Shown here in pieces: positions 36,071-49,564 of a DNA stretch of 64,000 nt. The translations under genes were made by a program, and so were the position numbers. Position 1 is the first letter of the stretch; each line of letters opens with the position of its first letter. This DNA is from Folioceros fuciformis (lineage: Eukaryota), in the NCBI GenBank assembly GCA_049999805.1, contig JBNGIO010006109.1, positions 1 through 64,000 on the forward strand, written 5' to 3'. Below the pieces are notes generated by a model, which saw only the letters and a list, made by a program, of their open reading frames with translations, was not told the origin of the DNA and made no database searches.

Positions 36071-37025
36071 TGCGCCCAATGCATCCAGCTCGGTCTTGAC
36101 GTATTTGCTCTAATCCGTAGCACAAAGCTTCCGTCAGAAGACAGGGAGATCATCCCGAGGAAACCGTTTTCGTGACTGCCAGATCACGTTTTGTGACGCG
36201 GCACATCCAATCCTTGACATCTCCCAGAGTTTCCACAGCTTCCTGCGCCGGCCTTGGGGGTTTGGGTTTTGGCAAGACGCAGTGAGGCTTCAGACACAGT
36301 GTTGACCATAAGTTCTGTCAGGATGGCAGTTACCCCAACCAAGCTTGATGAATCGCTGCTAACGGGAAAGTGGAAACAAGATGAATGAACAACTTGCACC
36401 GTGGAAAGTCCAATCGCGTCCTCCTTTTCCAGGATACGCCAGACTGCACGCCGTTGCCTCACGCCAAAGTGAGGAACCATGGATGTATGAATCGATAGAC
36501 TTCTTATCCAAAAAGCGCTTCGTCGCAAACATGTATGCACTGGAACCAGCCAGGCTCGCGTGAACCCCATCGACTTCAGAATAAGGAAGGGGGCTGAGAA
36601 CGGGGTAACTCTGGTTAGTTTGAAGGTTTACAAGCGAAGACAAACGGAAGTCCCCTGTCTTGGAAATTTGCACATCAGAAGCGCGCGTCGGCAGCAATGA
36701 GTGTCAAGCATGCGCAAGCTTGGCTCTGTGAGATGCAAGCAGGTGAGGCAATGCAAGGAAGTTTGCGCTCTGCCCAGAGCTAGGCGGTAGTTGCGGGAAC
36801 CACCCCTGAGCTCGTCCCGGGGCTCACCAGCTTGACTGACAGTGGACTCTAGGCGGAGGTGCTTGGAACTTGTGAAGTAGGAATGAAGCAGATCGTCGCA
36901 GGAGGCAGGAGTCCGCACTATTCCATGCTGGCCACGTCTGCTTCACTCTTCTATCATTGGCCGCTGGAATCCACGAGCAAGCAAGTCTCCCACTCGTAGA
37001 TGCTGTAGATCTCGCCTGCGAAGTG

Positions 37026-38374
37026 ATGAGTCTGAGGTCTAGTGCGCCCACATGTGGATCCGATCAGACCAGATGTGTCCCAATCTACTTAAATGTGTAT
37101 GATCTGACTCCGTTAAACGGCTACTTCTATTGGTTTGGTCTTGGGATCTTCCATTCGGGTGTGGAAGGTGCGTCCCCTTTATTCTGATCTTGTTATTACG
37201 AACTGTTTTGATTCTGTTTCTGTTGCTTGTTCGGCACTCGTCTTGAAGAGAGTCTTATCTTGGTTGATAGAGATGGCTTCGATTACAGCTGCCTTACATG
37301 TGGAGAGTATGCCAATCCAGTTGGGGTTACGTCCCTGATGATTTCTGTCCTGCCAAGGATAGACGTTGACCAGCATGAAGTGTTGCTATCTCCTTGGAAC
37401 TCACTCTCTTGACTTTGTCCCTGGCTGTCACTTCAATGCAGCTCATGGCGTAGAGTATGCCTTTGGCGCACACGAATTTCCATCAAGTGGTGTTTTTGAG
37501 GTAGAGCCTCGGAGGTGCCCAGGATTCACCTACAGGAAAACCATCCCGCTAGGAACTACTTCTCTGGATCCCTCTGAGTTCAGGACATTTGTAGAACAGT
37601 GTGCAGCTGATTACAATGGAGATACTTACCATCTCGTCGCGAAGAACTGCAACCATTTCTCAGATGATATCTCCACTCGCCTGACTGGCAATCCCATACC
37701 AGGATGGGTTAACCGTCTTGCACGAATAGGTATGGCATTGTGTGAAATGTTCCCAAACCCCTGAGGGTACCAGCATGCAAGCTGCTGAAGATGCATCTGA
37801 TTTTTGTCTCTGGTTGGTTGACACTGGCCATCCATTGGGTTGTTCAACGTCGTGCATCCTTTTACAGAGAGTTTCTGATATTTCCTTCTTGGCGTGTAAT
37901 GAGGCAGGATGGTTTTGCAATTGTTTATTACCAGAAAGCCTTCAGGTCAATGCTGTCAGACACACTCCTGAATTTCAGGAATACGAAGGTGTGGAAGCGT
38001 CCCATTATGCACTCCTGTGTAGGTCCTGTTAGGCGTTTGTCTGACATTTGTTCAAATCTGTTCTTCCTTTCCCCAGCAAGGGCGATGCTTTTATTGCTAG
38101 CCTGTCTGCTTGTTGTGACACATTTTGGTCGTCATCAGGCTTTGCTTCTTACTTTTGGCCCATGTGTTTTGCTCTACCAACACAGCCTAAGGAGTTCATC
38201 TAACCTAAAACGTTTGGTTTCCTTGGGTTGATCAACTGTGCATCTGAGGGCCCTCCAGACTTTGGTGAGGATGAAAAAGAAATAGTGGAGAGCGACAGTG
38301 ACCAGGAGCAACGCCTACTGGCAACACCAAACGGCGACTCTCAAAGCCTGATACATGATCGGACAAAAAAATGA
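37026..38374 (+). CDS. DeSI-like / PPPDE putative thiol peptidase, 4 exons
   Basis: YLNVYDLT, GIFHSGVE, HGVEYAFGAH, YHLVAKNCNHF (His/Cys dyad), IPGWVNRLARIG, CNCLLPES. Confidence 0.94.
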
Positions 38375-39262
38375 CTTCAGTCGGTAAGGAAATTTGAGCT
38401 TTTTGCTACTTGAGAATCGTGTTGTGGTATAGCTGTGTTAACCCAGAAGTTCTTTTTCGCCATAGCTGCCGGGCAAGACTGTGAAGGGATGCTGTCGTCA
38501 CGAGCGCTCGTCTGGAAGTTGACAGCGCGATCTCTGTTCTACGGCCTTTAGGCGAACTGTTTCCAACAGTCATCGAGATTACGATGTCACACAGCATTAA
38601 CGAGTGTCTGTGGTTGGCAATCATGAATCGTTCGAGATCTGTGTTTACGAGCGGAATCATCTTGTTATAACAAGATGATCAAGTAGCTGCCGTATTTATT
38701 TCCAATTTCAATTCTTATCCTCAAACACCCGTCTGCGTTTCTTTCGCTTTCCCCTTCTCAGTACATCGTGGGCATGGGTTCTGTGTTGCGTCCCTTGTTT
38801 TGTATCCGTCGCGCCTAGCGAATGGGACATCTCGTTCGTTTGGACAGTGGTACAACGTGGGAACTAATGTCACGTCATCCAGGAGACGACACGTCTCCCG
38901 GTTTCGGGACACGACACATTTATTATTGCGAAAACTTATGTGAAGGTAGCTACAACCCATAGAAGAGTACAACCCATAGGCTGTCGTGAACCCATAGGCT
39001 GTCGTGGGAGGCAGGCACGTTTACCAACCGAAAAAACGAGAGCCTCACAGAACGTGGAAAACGTCCGCAGGCAATAGAAGTCCTCCCTGTGGACACAAAA
39101 TGCCGAAGGGATAAACTGACCTCCTCATACCACCTATCAGAAGAATGGTTTCCTCACGCTGCCACTGGAGGTATTCCAAAAGATCACTGCAAACGAGCTA
39201 TCCGCTTGCCTTGATCAGACCTTCGTTCGAGGATTTTTCCACCTGCAGAGGCACAATCCCTG

Positions 39263-40291
39263 CTAAGAGCCCCTTCGATTGGATTTCAATTGGGTTTCTG
39301 GTAAGCTGCTCCAGACGGTGGGCTCCCATGTCAATCAGGTGTCTTTTCCGCATCTGAGTCAGAGAGTTTCGCACCGTTCTTCAGCTTACCACAACCAGAA
39401 TGCAGTTCACAACCTCTGTGAAGCCCATGGAAGAAATCAGGCATTACAGCAAGCAGGAGATTACCAAGCTTCTTTTATACGTTGACATGAGAGTCCTGCA
39501 CAACCTTACTTCCATCTCCAGGAAATGACGTTCAAAGTCACTGTCAGTAGGCTGCTGCTGTATCAACTGCTCATGCCTGGTACGTACACTTTGTGGTTGC
39601 CATATCTGCAGTGCAACACTTGCCTGCCTGCACGGGGTACACAGTAGCGAGACAAAACATCCATGAATTCGAAACATGTATCACACCTGTTGGATACTCT
39701 ACAAAATGTCACCATTCTCTTGCCCACAGGTGTTACCTAGCGCGGTTGAGATTGCCAAGCCTAAGAAACAGGGCAGATAGTTTATTGCCTTCAGCTTCCA
39801 TTGATCTCTGGAGGCTGTTGCAGTCATTCCGGAGACCTGCAATCTCACTCTGAACAGCCAGCACTGCTCGCATGTGCGACATTTTCACCACATTTTTCAC
39901 TGACTGGTATCTGTGAAGAAGGTGGCCGCAATTCGCAGGAACAGCAGGGAAGTCAGCCCTCCTTTCCACAAAGAAACCCTACCCCTTCTCACTTTTCCTC
40001 AACGATGGACAAGAGGAAACATGTCTACCTGATTTGGTACGCGGCCTTCCAGTCCGCCGCCTCCTTCTCCGCTTTGGAGATACGCCGAACTCTAGTTGCA
40101 TCCGCACCTGCAGCATCTCGGGACGCAAACACTTGTTTCCACAGAAGCTCCCAAACAGAATCCAAATTACAGAGTCGTCGAAACCTGCGAGAGACCGACG
40201 CAAGCACGCAAAATTCCTGGTGGCCCAGAACCTGCTTCTGAATACCAGTCTGAAAAATCTGGAGCCACAGCTCTTCGGGAAGAGCGTCCAT
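39263..40291 (-). CDS. SKIP24: F-box protein, SKIP24-like; 3' end approximate
   Basis: N-terminal F-box LPEELWLQIF...LASVSRRFRRL; QASVALQIWQPQSVR and LEMEVRLC match SKIP24 as recalled. Confidence 0.82.
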
Positions 40292-41899
40292 CCCGATCCT
40301 CCTCAATTTGGCAGGCTCGCAAGTCCCTCGGACCATGCTTGGATGAATGGTAGGTTGGCTGCTTTGTGAAAGTGTTCAGTTTATTCCCACTCTTCACCAT
40401 AACGATCATGTACTTGTCGTCACTCCGTATGACCGACCAGTGTTCACGTTACATCCTTCTGCATATCTCGTATTAGTTGTTATATATATATTTCTACTAT
40501 ATCTAGATACAATAAAACACAAACAATTTCAATATATATATATACTCGATAAGATATTAACTTTTTACAAAGTCTGCATGCCTATGTATGGCATACCAAA
40601 CCCAAGGGAGGGGAGGCTGGACTATTTAACAATTTTCACTTAGGGTATCGAGGGATATATTCTGTAAGATACTCTCTTTTTTTTTTACCTGTTTTGGCAT
40701 CACCCCAAAGAGACACTTTAGTCATACCCAACACTCAAAATGGGGGGCGATTGCACTAAGGTGGAGGGGAAGGTAATTTTAAAAAAAATTATTTTAATTC
40801 CTTGACTAAAAAATATTTATCAAAATATATATGAGGTGTGGAGGCCACACCACGCCTGAGGAGGTAGGGGGCCCAAAGCACACTAACACTCAAACATCAT
40901 TTTTTTATCTAATGATATAACATCTTATCCTAGTATGGATATGTTTAGTGGTACGAGAGGCATAATTCCACCATCTTTTTTTTCATCTAATAATATAGCA
41001 CGCCTTTAACATTGATATGCTTAGGTGATGCTAGGAGCACAACTCAAGACATCCTCATCGTTTTTCATTTAATGATATGATACCTCATCCAAGTACTATT
41101 TGGAGCACAGAGCACTTCATCATGGAATTCTTCTACAACCACTTGGAGTATGCAGAAAAACTATTTACCTTATGTTTAATACTCACCTAGACATCGAATG
41201 ACTAAACTCAAACCCTTTAATGGTAAAGGGCCTCAACAAAGTTCTCCTCTGTATGTATGTCGGAAGTGTTTTTATGCAAAGAGTATTTATGCAGAAGGCC
41301 TCTATCTTCCCCTCCTCATCTTTACGGTTTTTGTTACTGTCTAAATTTCCCTTACTCCTCTTCATTCAACAACCACCTTTGACCACATGACGGGGAGATC
41401 CTACAATAGTGGTTAGTGCTCTAGAGGGACTTCACTCTCCACATATGATGAATGGCCTGGGAGCCCACGTCTTTTGAGAAGCATCTATAAGAGAATGTCC
41501 AAACCAATGTCTCTATGTAATAACCTCATATACATGCAGAATTGAGCCCAAAATAGCCAGTTCTTGGGTAGGTTGCCTAGCATGTAGACCGTGGTCTCCT
41601 ACCACCCAATGACCTATCGCAAAGTGAGCACTTGTCAGATTCCCTAGATAGATGTAGGTGCCCAAGTCCTAGCTGCCATAGGCACTGCTTGTATGAGGAT
41701 GACTTGATGGCAGGTCCCTTTAGGACACTCAACCCTATACCTCTACGTCCAATTCGTCCTTGAGAACACTCAGCCCCATACCTCTTCGTCCAATTCGCCA
41801 AATTTCTTTTAATCACTGCTCAATGCAGAGCCTGGTGTGCAATTGATACCCGAGCATCCCAAAATTCAAGGTTATTTGTCCAAAGTAAAGCAACTGTCC

Positions 41900-42880
41900 A
41901 ACACATAGAAGGAGTTTAGGTCTAAGTCAAGAGGGAGGTGACCAACTGCAGGCCTAGTCATGAAAGATTTACTTGCAGCACATTAATGGATGACCAAGCT
42001 TGTTGTCTTGAAGAGAGTAAAATCTGAGGGAATACTATTGCCAAGATTGATTGAAAGCGACCCCAAATGAAGACTTATCTAATGAATATGGAGAAGAGGC
42101 TGGGAGCCAGCTGACTAGAGGAGAAGAGGCTACCGGAGGAGGAAAGAGTCATCTTCAAGTAGGCACTCACCCAACAATTGTATGTGGTGAAAGAGAAGTT
42201 GTCCGGCAGTTAGGAGCGCATCACCCTTCTATAGATATTTCCAAGTGATCTCAGTCATCCAACGTACAGTACATATTTGCCTGTGTAATAGCCTGGGGCA
42301 GTAATGGCATAAGTGAAATAAGGTGAAAGTTAAAAGTAGAAAGGTGAAAGCTAAATCTAGAGCTGTCTTGATGAAGAAGCAAGTATGCTTCTTACTGCCT
42401 TTGGAAACAAAATGTGTGTTCCAGGCAAAACCTCCTAAGAAGGATGGAGTTGTAATGACCACTAGTATTCTAGGATGAGTGGTGTGTATCATTCCCAGTT
42501 TTAGCAGTGGCTTAGCTGTGGAGTATAAATAGGCCAGTGTTAGGGTCTTAAGGATACTGTGTTAGGGTCTTAAGGATACTGTGATACACTGATACACAAA
42601 GAGGCAGACAGTGAGAAGTCTAGCCTGGAGGCATAGCTATGGAGGGCTTGAAGAGCAAGCTTGTCATATAGAGTCGAGGGCAGTAGCCAGTGGGGCGTAG
42701 ATCGCCAGACTCTTTTGTAAGTAACTGAAATAAAGAGCAGCACCTAGAGGAGGTGGTTGCGATTCGTCCGTGGACGGCGGGCTACTTGGAGCCTAGTGCT
42801 GAGTCGTGTGAGAGGGAGNNNNNNNNNNGGACGGCGGGCTACTTGGAGCCTAGTGCTGAGTCGTGTGAGAGGGAGTGAGT
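41900..42880 (+). mobile_element. LTR-like repeat fragment, boundaries uncertain
   Basis: Non-coding; TATAAATA near 42524, 22-bp duplication at 42537, AATAAA near 42729, CCGTGGACG motif, duplicated sequence around a gap. Confidence 0.35.
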
Positions 42881-43213
42881 GAATTGCAAGTGGAGCGCTG
42901 CGGAGTGTTTAGACGAGATTCGAGGCCGTTTCTTCCTTTTATGCTGCGTAAAGAAGGGGGCGTTACTGGGGCCGCCTCCACGCCCTTTTTACGTCCCTCC
43001 AGCTCGATAGTTCTGTGAAGAAGGCGCCGCCACCTGGCAGGTCCAAAACGGACGGCGGTAGAAACTAGGCGAAATGTACACGGGTCCTGGACCCCTGGTA
43101 AAATATTAGGAAGGAATATTTGAACCACCAACAATCAACGTGCTCCTCTTCCCGACGAGGTGCGGGGCACGCAGTGGGCGCTTGCCCACTCTCTCTGCCT
43201 GTGCCTGCCAGGA

Positions 43214-44485
43214 ATGGCGGAAGTCGCAGGAACTGAGGTGGAGATTGCTCGTGTCAGTCCCTTTGCCAGGAATGTGGTGGCAGGCAAAGTAGCTTTGGTC
43301 ACGGGCGGGGGCTCGGGAATCGGCTACGAAATCGCACGGCAGCTCGGTTTGCATGGAGCGCAATTGGTTCTCGTAGGACGCCGCCTGCACGTCCTGCATC
43401 AGGCTGCCAGCGCGCTCCGAGATGAGGGAATCCAGGTGCCATGTTTGCTCCGGTCGCAACCCTTATGTGACAGCAAGTGGTATCGGAGCTCACTGGTGTG
43501 GGAACTTGTACTCTCTCAGGTGGAGGTCTCGCAAGGGGAAGTGCGATCGGAAGCGGATGCGGAGAAAGCTGTCGCTACTGCGCTCTCGAAATTCGGACGG
43601 CTAGACATCCTCGTGAATGCAGCAGCTGGCAACTTCATGGTTCCTGCTGACAGCCTTTCAACCAAAGGTTTCAGGACAGGTGTGCATCATTATACTCTGA
43701 CTTTGTTTGTGACTTTCGATTCTGCTTCCACCATGACGTTGGTGCCCTTCTCATCGTGGAAGAGTGATGAAATGCCTGACAGTGCTTGAAATCGACACCG
43801 TCGGCACCTTCAACATGTGCCGAGCTGCCTTTCAGGCTCTCAAGGAAGCAGGAGGAGCGCTGATTTTGAACATCTCTGCAACCCTCCATTATGGGGCTAC
43901 TTGGTATCAATCCCATGCTGCGGCTGCTAAGGTTGGGATAGGAAAGGGTTTGTTTATAGTACTTTCGAGAGTGAAACTGCATTTGATACTTTTACAACAT
44001 CTCGTCGCTGCCTCTTGGTGGACAGGCTGCTATCGACAGTCTTACGAGGAGCTTAGCCCTCGAGTGGGGGGAATATGGAATCAGAGTCACAGGCATAGCT
44101 CCCGGGCCGATAGGCGATACTACAGGGTTTGAGAAATTAAGTCTGGGGTTGAAGTTGAAAGATGCGGCGCACTTGATCCCATTGAAACGGCTGGGCACGA
44201 CATGGGACATCGCGATGAGTGCTGTGTTTCTCGCGGTAACCCCACACCTAATTGCTGCCTCTTTAACGAGTTACTAACAGAGCCAAACTAATGTGTCGAT
44301 GCCTTTGTTCTCAGTCAAGCGGGGGCGAATGGATCTCTGGTGAAACAGTTGTGGTAGACGGCGGGAGCTGGCTGTACAAATCTCCAGCCTCTTTGTCAAG
44401 GGAGGCTGCACGTCAGGAGTCTAGAAGAGTGGAAAGGCAAAGCAAGGAAGTTGGAATCGCAGGCCGTCCGCTCAGCAAACTTTGA
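43214..44485 (+). CDS. Peroxisomal 2,4-dienoyl-CoA reductase (SDR family), about 5 exons
   Basis: ALVTGGGSGIG, LDILVNAAAGNF, EIDTVGTFN, ISATLHY, WYQSHAAAAK, GIAPGPI, VVDGG; C-terminal PTS1 SKL. Confidence 0.94.
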
Positions 44486-44603
44486 GCTGATCCAATGACT
44501 CAGACTTGTTCCTTCGCATTGGATTCACAATCTAACGTACCCCACTTCCAATTGGGCGAGCCAGGTAGATCTGTGTCACTTGTGGTCATCTTTAGGAGAC
44601 TTT

Positions 44604-47600
44604 TTACTCCTTTCTGGCCTTGAAGGCTGACAGACTATGAAAGATAAACTGCATATCGTCATGTGCTCGAAGGTATGTAGTGTACAAGGAACTGTACAAG
44701 TCTGAAGCCACGGAAGAGGGTTCTACTACGCGCTGTACTTGGGTCCAGTCACCTGCACGCGTACCACAAACCTAAACATGACCACTCACCCCCGGGAAAG
44801 GTCAGCACTGGACCCCTAGTTCCCTCAAACCGTCTCACCTCCAGGACTTAAAGAGCTGTGCCAGCCAAGCCACTTTCCGGCTAAAAGGGCGGCTCCTTGG
44901 ACTCCAACCTCCTGCCAAGACGTGCTATAAATTCGATGGGCCTTCCCTCTCGCTATGGTTGCATGTCAAATTGACTTATCCAACTCGTACCTGCGGGGCT
45001 GCCTGTACCTCCACCGTCTGGTTCAAGGAGTCAGCCAGAATGACCGGCCACAATGTAGATCTACAAAGAAACAGCAACATCAGGCGACGATAAAACAACG
45101 TTGAACTGGTATGCAACGACGAAGCACTTTAGTAGTAGCTTTGTCAGACGCATGAGAAACTTACAGAGCCCCACCTCCGACCACACGCAGTGGAGGTAGG
45201 TTCGATCCTGTAACACACGGTAACAACGTTAAGTGTCGAAGTTCCAGTCACTGTTCAGAGAAAACATAGACGGGCCTTGATTCTTGCAGAATTTGAAGAG
45301 CTTTACCATCGCAAGGTCTCCCTATACAAGCATCCCGAGCTGATCTGATAGCAAAACAGGTGCCCTCTAATACCTGTGCATAGGTGGAATGATGGTCAAT
45401 GCGGTTCAAGCTGATGACAGTGACAACTTCGAGGCAACAAATTCAGGACGTCAGGTTCTCGATTAGTACCGCACGGAACAGATCCGCTTTTGTGGTTGAA
45501 GCGGAAATCCCGATGAAAGATGCACGCACAGAACTATCGTCAAAAGGGCAACGTTCTCCTGTTCAGATGACACAATATGATGTGATCAGCTTCGTGGTGC
45601 CAAACCACACACAACCAGAAAGCTATTTGCCGCAGTTTCTACGATGTGCTAAAGAATGTTACAATCGCCTTTGCAAGTAGCTAGGAACTCCAAACTGAAC
45701 AACGGGATGCAATTGTCATACCATTTAAGTATGGCAGATAAAGTATCCCACCACTTCCTATCGGTGCCGAGACGGCCATCTCGTCAAACTGCTGCAAGGC
45801 AGCTCCATTTGAAACTGCCGAAATGAGCACCACATCAGCAATCAAGGCTGTCTGTAAAGACAGTAATGCGATCTTATGCAAAGCAGTACACTGTAAGCTG
45901 ATTGTGAGCCCCACCTCCAGAATCATGCATTAGATTCGACACTGCCCACTTTACATTCCCACCAGCTGTCATTATGGAACCTGTAGACGCCACCATCTGG
46001 TGAAGCAAGGCCCAGCAGGTCCCTTAGCAAACTGCGCGAGGAGTATCGCAATACGCTACCAGTTCTGAAAACCGTTGAAGGATCTGGGTGCCCCAAGGTG
46101 AAGACTCCAGGACTGAAGACCTGCAAGCATCAAGAACGGATTCATCATAACGAAACAAACCTGAAGCTCTGTATTGACGTCCAGCAGTTTGAAGGCAGTA
46201 TTGTGAACTCACTGTTTCACTATGCTCTTGAAATCGTGGAAAGGAAGCACCAACCCATCTGGTTTAAGAGTGTCATGATGAGACTGAGGAAAACACGTTG
46301 AAACTCAATTGCTGCTGCTATTCACTTCAAGATGAGTTACACCGTTATCAGTAGTAGCAATACCCGGAAGAGCCGATGTATGCATACAAGGGTCCAGGAA
46401 CTCCTGCTCCCGCGCTGAAGTCACAAGTCTGGACTTAGAGCCCTGCATTTCTGAGATGGAATATGCAGCAAACAAGGAAGGAGATTCTTACCCGAGGGTA
46501 CAAGCACCTAAGTCTCCACAACAGTGGAACACAGGAACTCCTTTCAGGCCATCAAGACCCAACTTCCGGGCCGCAGATTTACTAACCTCTCCTGCTTTGA
46601 CAGCGCAGACAAGGTGAAAAAGTGACGGGTGCAACTCAACAGTGTACATTAAGGTGAAATCCAGGGTGCCTACCACAAGGCACATCATCCGGATGAATCA
46701 TTGGAAAATGATTCAGCCAGTGACCCAGTTCCACTTGATCCAGCAATTCATGAGCATACTGCAGAAAGGGAATGCAAAACACAAGTCAGACGGTTGAGAC
46801 AAACAAGCTGAAAACGCCTGAGAACAGAGACATAGCAGACCTGAAACGACCTATCTGTCAGCCCAGTGGTAGATGCTGTGGTGGCATCTGTCACAACTGC
46901 ACCGCATAGCTTCCACACCACGTAATCATGCCTGCAAGAGAATGCCAAACGGAATCTTGGAAACCGAGACTGACTACGTAATGAGGCCTGCAACAGAAAC
47001 CCTCAGCAGCAATAGCAAGATGGAAACTGGATACAGGCGTCGTCGTCTCACCCTCCAAACAACAGTTTATCAGCTTCAGTAACTGCCTTGGGCGTGTGCT
47101 TATCCAACCAACGAAGCTTTGCCAAGAGACTGCACGGCCAAAATCAGCGGTCACAGCAAATCTAAGTGCGTACTTCACCACCAAAGTGACTAATCAGCTA
47201 TCAAGTGTAGGCTCAACAGCCTGTCCGCCCTTGAGAGCACCGAAGCATTAAAGCCATGACTCTTCTCTCACCACACCTTGTTGCACCTTGAGGGGAACCT
47301 GTGATTGACGTGAGCAGTGCTGAACTCCCCGCCAGCGTAGCAATCTAGACGTGCAATAAGTGCCAAAGCCAATTTCATACCCTACTTCACGTTCCCTGTT
47401 GAGCTCACAAACAACTAGACATTCAAACTCAGAACGTTTTTGGAACCTCTTCAGCTTCTGTAGCGGAACGGGTGTCAGAGTAGAGGATTGCATGGCTCCT
47501 ACTGCGATGCAGGTCACTGTCAGCAGATTCTTCCTGTGGTGAACAGCTCATCAGCTACAAAGGCAGATTCAAACGAGCTTTCTACAACAGATAAGGGCCC

Positions 47601-48148
47601 CAAGGACTCCACGAGTTTAGTACCACTTACTGATGGGACGATCACCACATCTTGCATCTGCCCTGTAACAGCAATGGCCCCAAGATGAGCATCTCTAATT
47701 CCGAGCTGTGTTGCTTGTGGGCTCAGCATGCAGGACCTCACTGCCATTGTGGTCGCTGACCACCAACACTCGGGGTCTTGCTCTAAGCTGTTTGGGCCTC
47801 CCCTGTACATCAAACGAATATCTTGACGAATGGGCTTCCTCGGCAATGCATTCAACTTCCGCAGTACCGCAAAACAAGGACAGCACACCCTCACCAAGAA
47901 GATGGAGCAGGAGCTGGGTGAGGAGAGAATGCTGCCACCAGCACAGCTCCTTTAGAAGAGACAATTGCTGCCTTACTGCCCCCCGTCCCTACATCCACCG
48001 CCAGCACCCATTGTCGGTTCATGCTGGACTCAGCTCGAGAGCAAACAACCATCCTCCACCCAGCACGCTGCCGTTTGCACGGTCTGGCATGACCCGGAAT
48101 TCCACCGAAGCTGCAGGCCTTTGAAGGCCGCAAGACCGACAAGCCCAT
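44604..48148 (-). CDS. FGGY-family carbohydrate kinase (xylulokinase-like) with transit-peptide-like N-terminus, many exons
   Basis: LAVDVGTGGSK, EQDPECWW, IAVTGQMQD, AILYSDTR, TASTTGL, GDLGACTLG, LYLPYLNG/ER, VLEG, VVGGGA, QGAALLAG; stop TAA 44604-44606. Confidence 0.9.
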
Positions 48149-48922
48149 AGGGGCACCACCCGAGTAGGTACTGCTTCACCCAGTTCGGCAGCAGGTCACA
48201 CCTCCTCCGAACTCCTCGGTTCGACGCGAGTCGTGCACCATAGGGGTGTAGCAGATTCCTGACAAGAAGATCACGCCGTACAGTTTGTTGTCCGACGTAT
48301 ACGACACATCCGCAGGTGGAAAAGCAGCCCCACATGCACCCCGTTTTGTGAGGAACATGCGGAGGCCAATGTACATTATATACGTATGGATGGGCACGCA
48401 CATAGTGCGAATACACATATGCCGGTACGAAACCCGAAGCCGGGTACCTGGGCTTTGCAAAGTCTTGACGACCTTTGTGTATCTACATCGACAAACTTGA
48501 AGAACCTTCTGCAGTCTGCGTGATAAGCAAATGCGTATTGCAAATGGACAATGTCGATGGCGCTAATTGCCAGGCATGAGTACACACAAATTCCTGGAGA
48601 ATTCCTTTGTTGGAACAGGCCATAAAACTGGGGAATGTAATGCCGCCCCTAGCTTGGAACGAGTCGTTCAGTGTTTGCTCCGGGACACAACAAGACGAGA
48701 CTGCAACGGTGGACACTGCAAGAGCCTCAAACATCTTGATGTGTATTACGTTATCAGAGATCTGCATTGCCCGGGGCTTGATGCTTCGGGGAGGGGAAAT
48801 CCTTCATTACAGCCCGCTGTTTGTGAAACGGTGTGACGCTCATAAAACTGGCAGAAAGAACGCGTCAAGACATCGGTAGAATGCTACCGCTACAACTGCA
48901 GCAACTCCAGCCAAGCCTTGGC

Positions 48923-49564
48923 TTAAGACGTGAAGGCTGTCCGGAAAGCAGCCACTTCAGCCGGTTCGAGGCCCAAGTCCTGGCCAAGAATGGCGTCACT
49001 GATGGGGGGGTTGGAAGTCAGCAGGGCGCTGGCAGTCAGCTGCACGCCGGGGTTCTGGCTGGAGAAGGCTACGAATGCCTTGGCGCTGCCTTTCCCCACG
49101 TTCTTCTGGAAGTGGATGAGGCCGGCGGGGAAGAAGAAGAGCTCGCCGGCTTTCACCTCGTGCTGATACAGCTGCCCGGACGAGGACACGAAACCCGAGA
49201 GGATGGTCCCTTTAAGCACGTAGAGGAGCTCGCTGGCGTGGGGGTGGCTGTGGAGAGGCACCAGCCCGCCCTTGGCATAATCGATTCTCCCCGCCGACAG
49301 ACCGAAGGTGTTGAGGCCCGGGAACTGTGCGGCGAAGGCGGGGCTGAAGGCGACGCCCAGCCGGCCTGCAGGCACGCCGGGGACGAGTTGAAATTTGAAG
49401 TCCGCGTCCACCACGCTCGCCACAGGCTTGCAAGCGAAGATGTCGAAAATGACTGACACACTGAGATCCCCAACGCAGAAATCGTTGATGTTATCCGGCC
49501 CGGCCAGGACGCAGCTGGCTGTGGCAATGGCTGCAAACACGAACAGGAAGAGCCGGGGAGCCAT
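48923..49564 (-). CDS. Germin-like protein (cupin), secreted, intronless
   Basis: Signal peptide, DFCVGD, FPGLNTFGLS, PLHSHPHASE, FPAGLIHFQKN, FSSQNPG. Confidence 0.96.
   Translation of the reverse strand: MAPRLFLFVFAAIATASCVLAGPDNINDFCVGDLSVSVIFDIFACKPVASVVDADFKFQLVPGVPAGRLGVAFSPAFAAQFPGLNTFGLSAGRIDYAKGGLVPLHSHPHASELLYVLKGTILSGFVSSSGQLYQHEVKAGELFFFPAGLIHFQKNVGKGSAKAFVAFSSQNPGVQLTASALLTSNPPISDAILGQDLGLEPAEVAAFRTAFTS

Noticed and set aside
42771..42875. Exact ~47-bp direct repeat
   Set aside because: Flanks a 10-N gap; likely contig-overlap artefact.
45185..45215. tRNA T-loop-like GGTTCGATCC
   Set aside because: Falls within an FGGY exon; no cloverleaf can be drawn.
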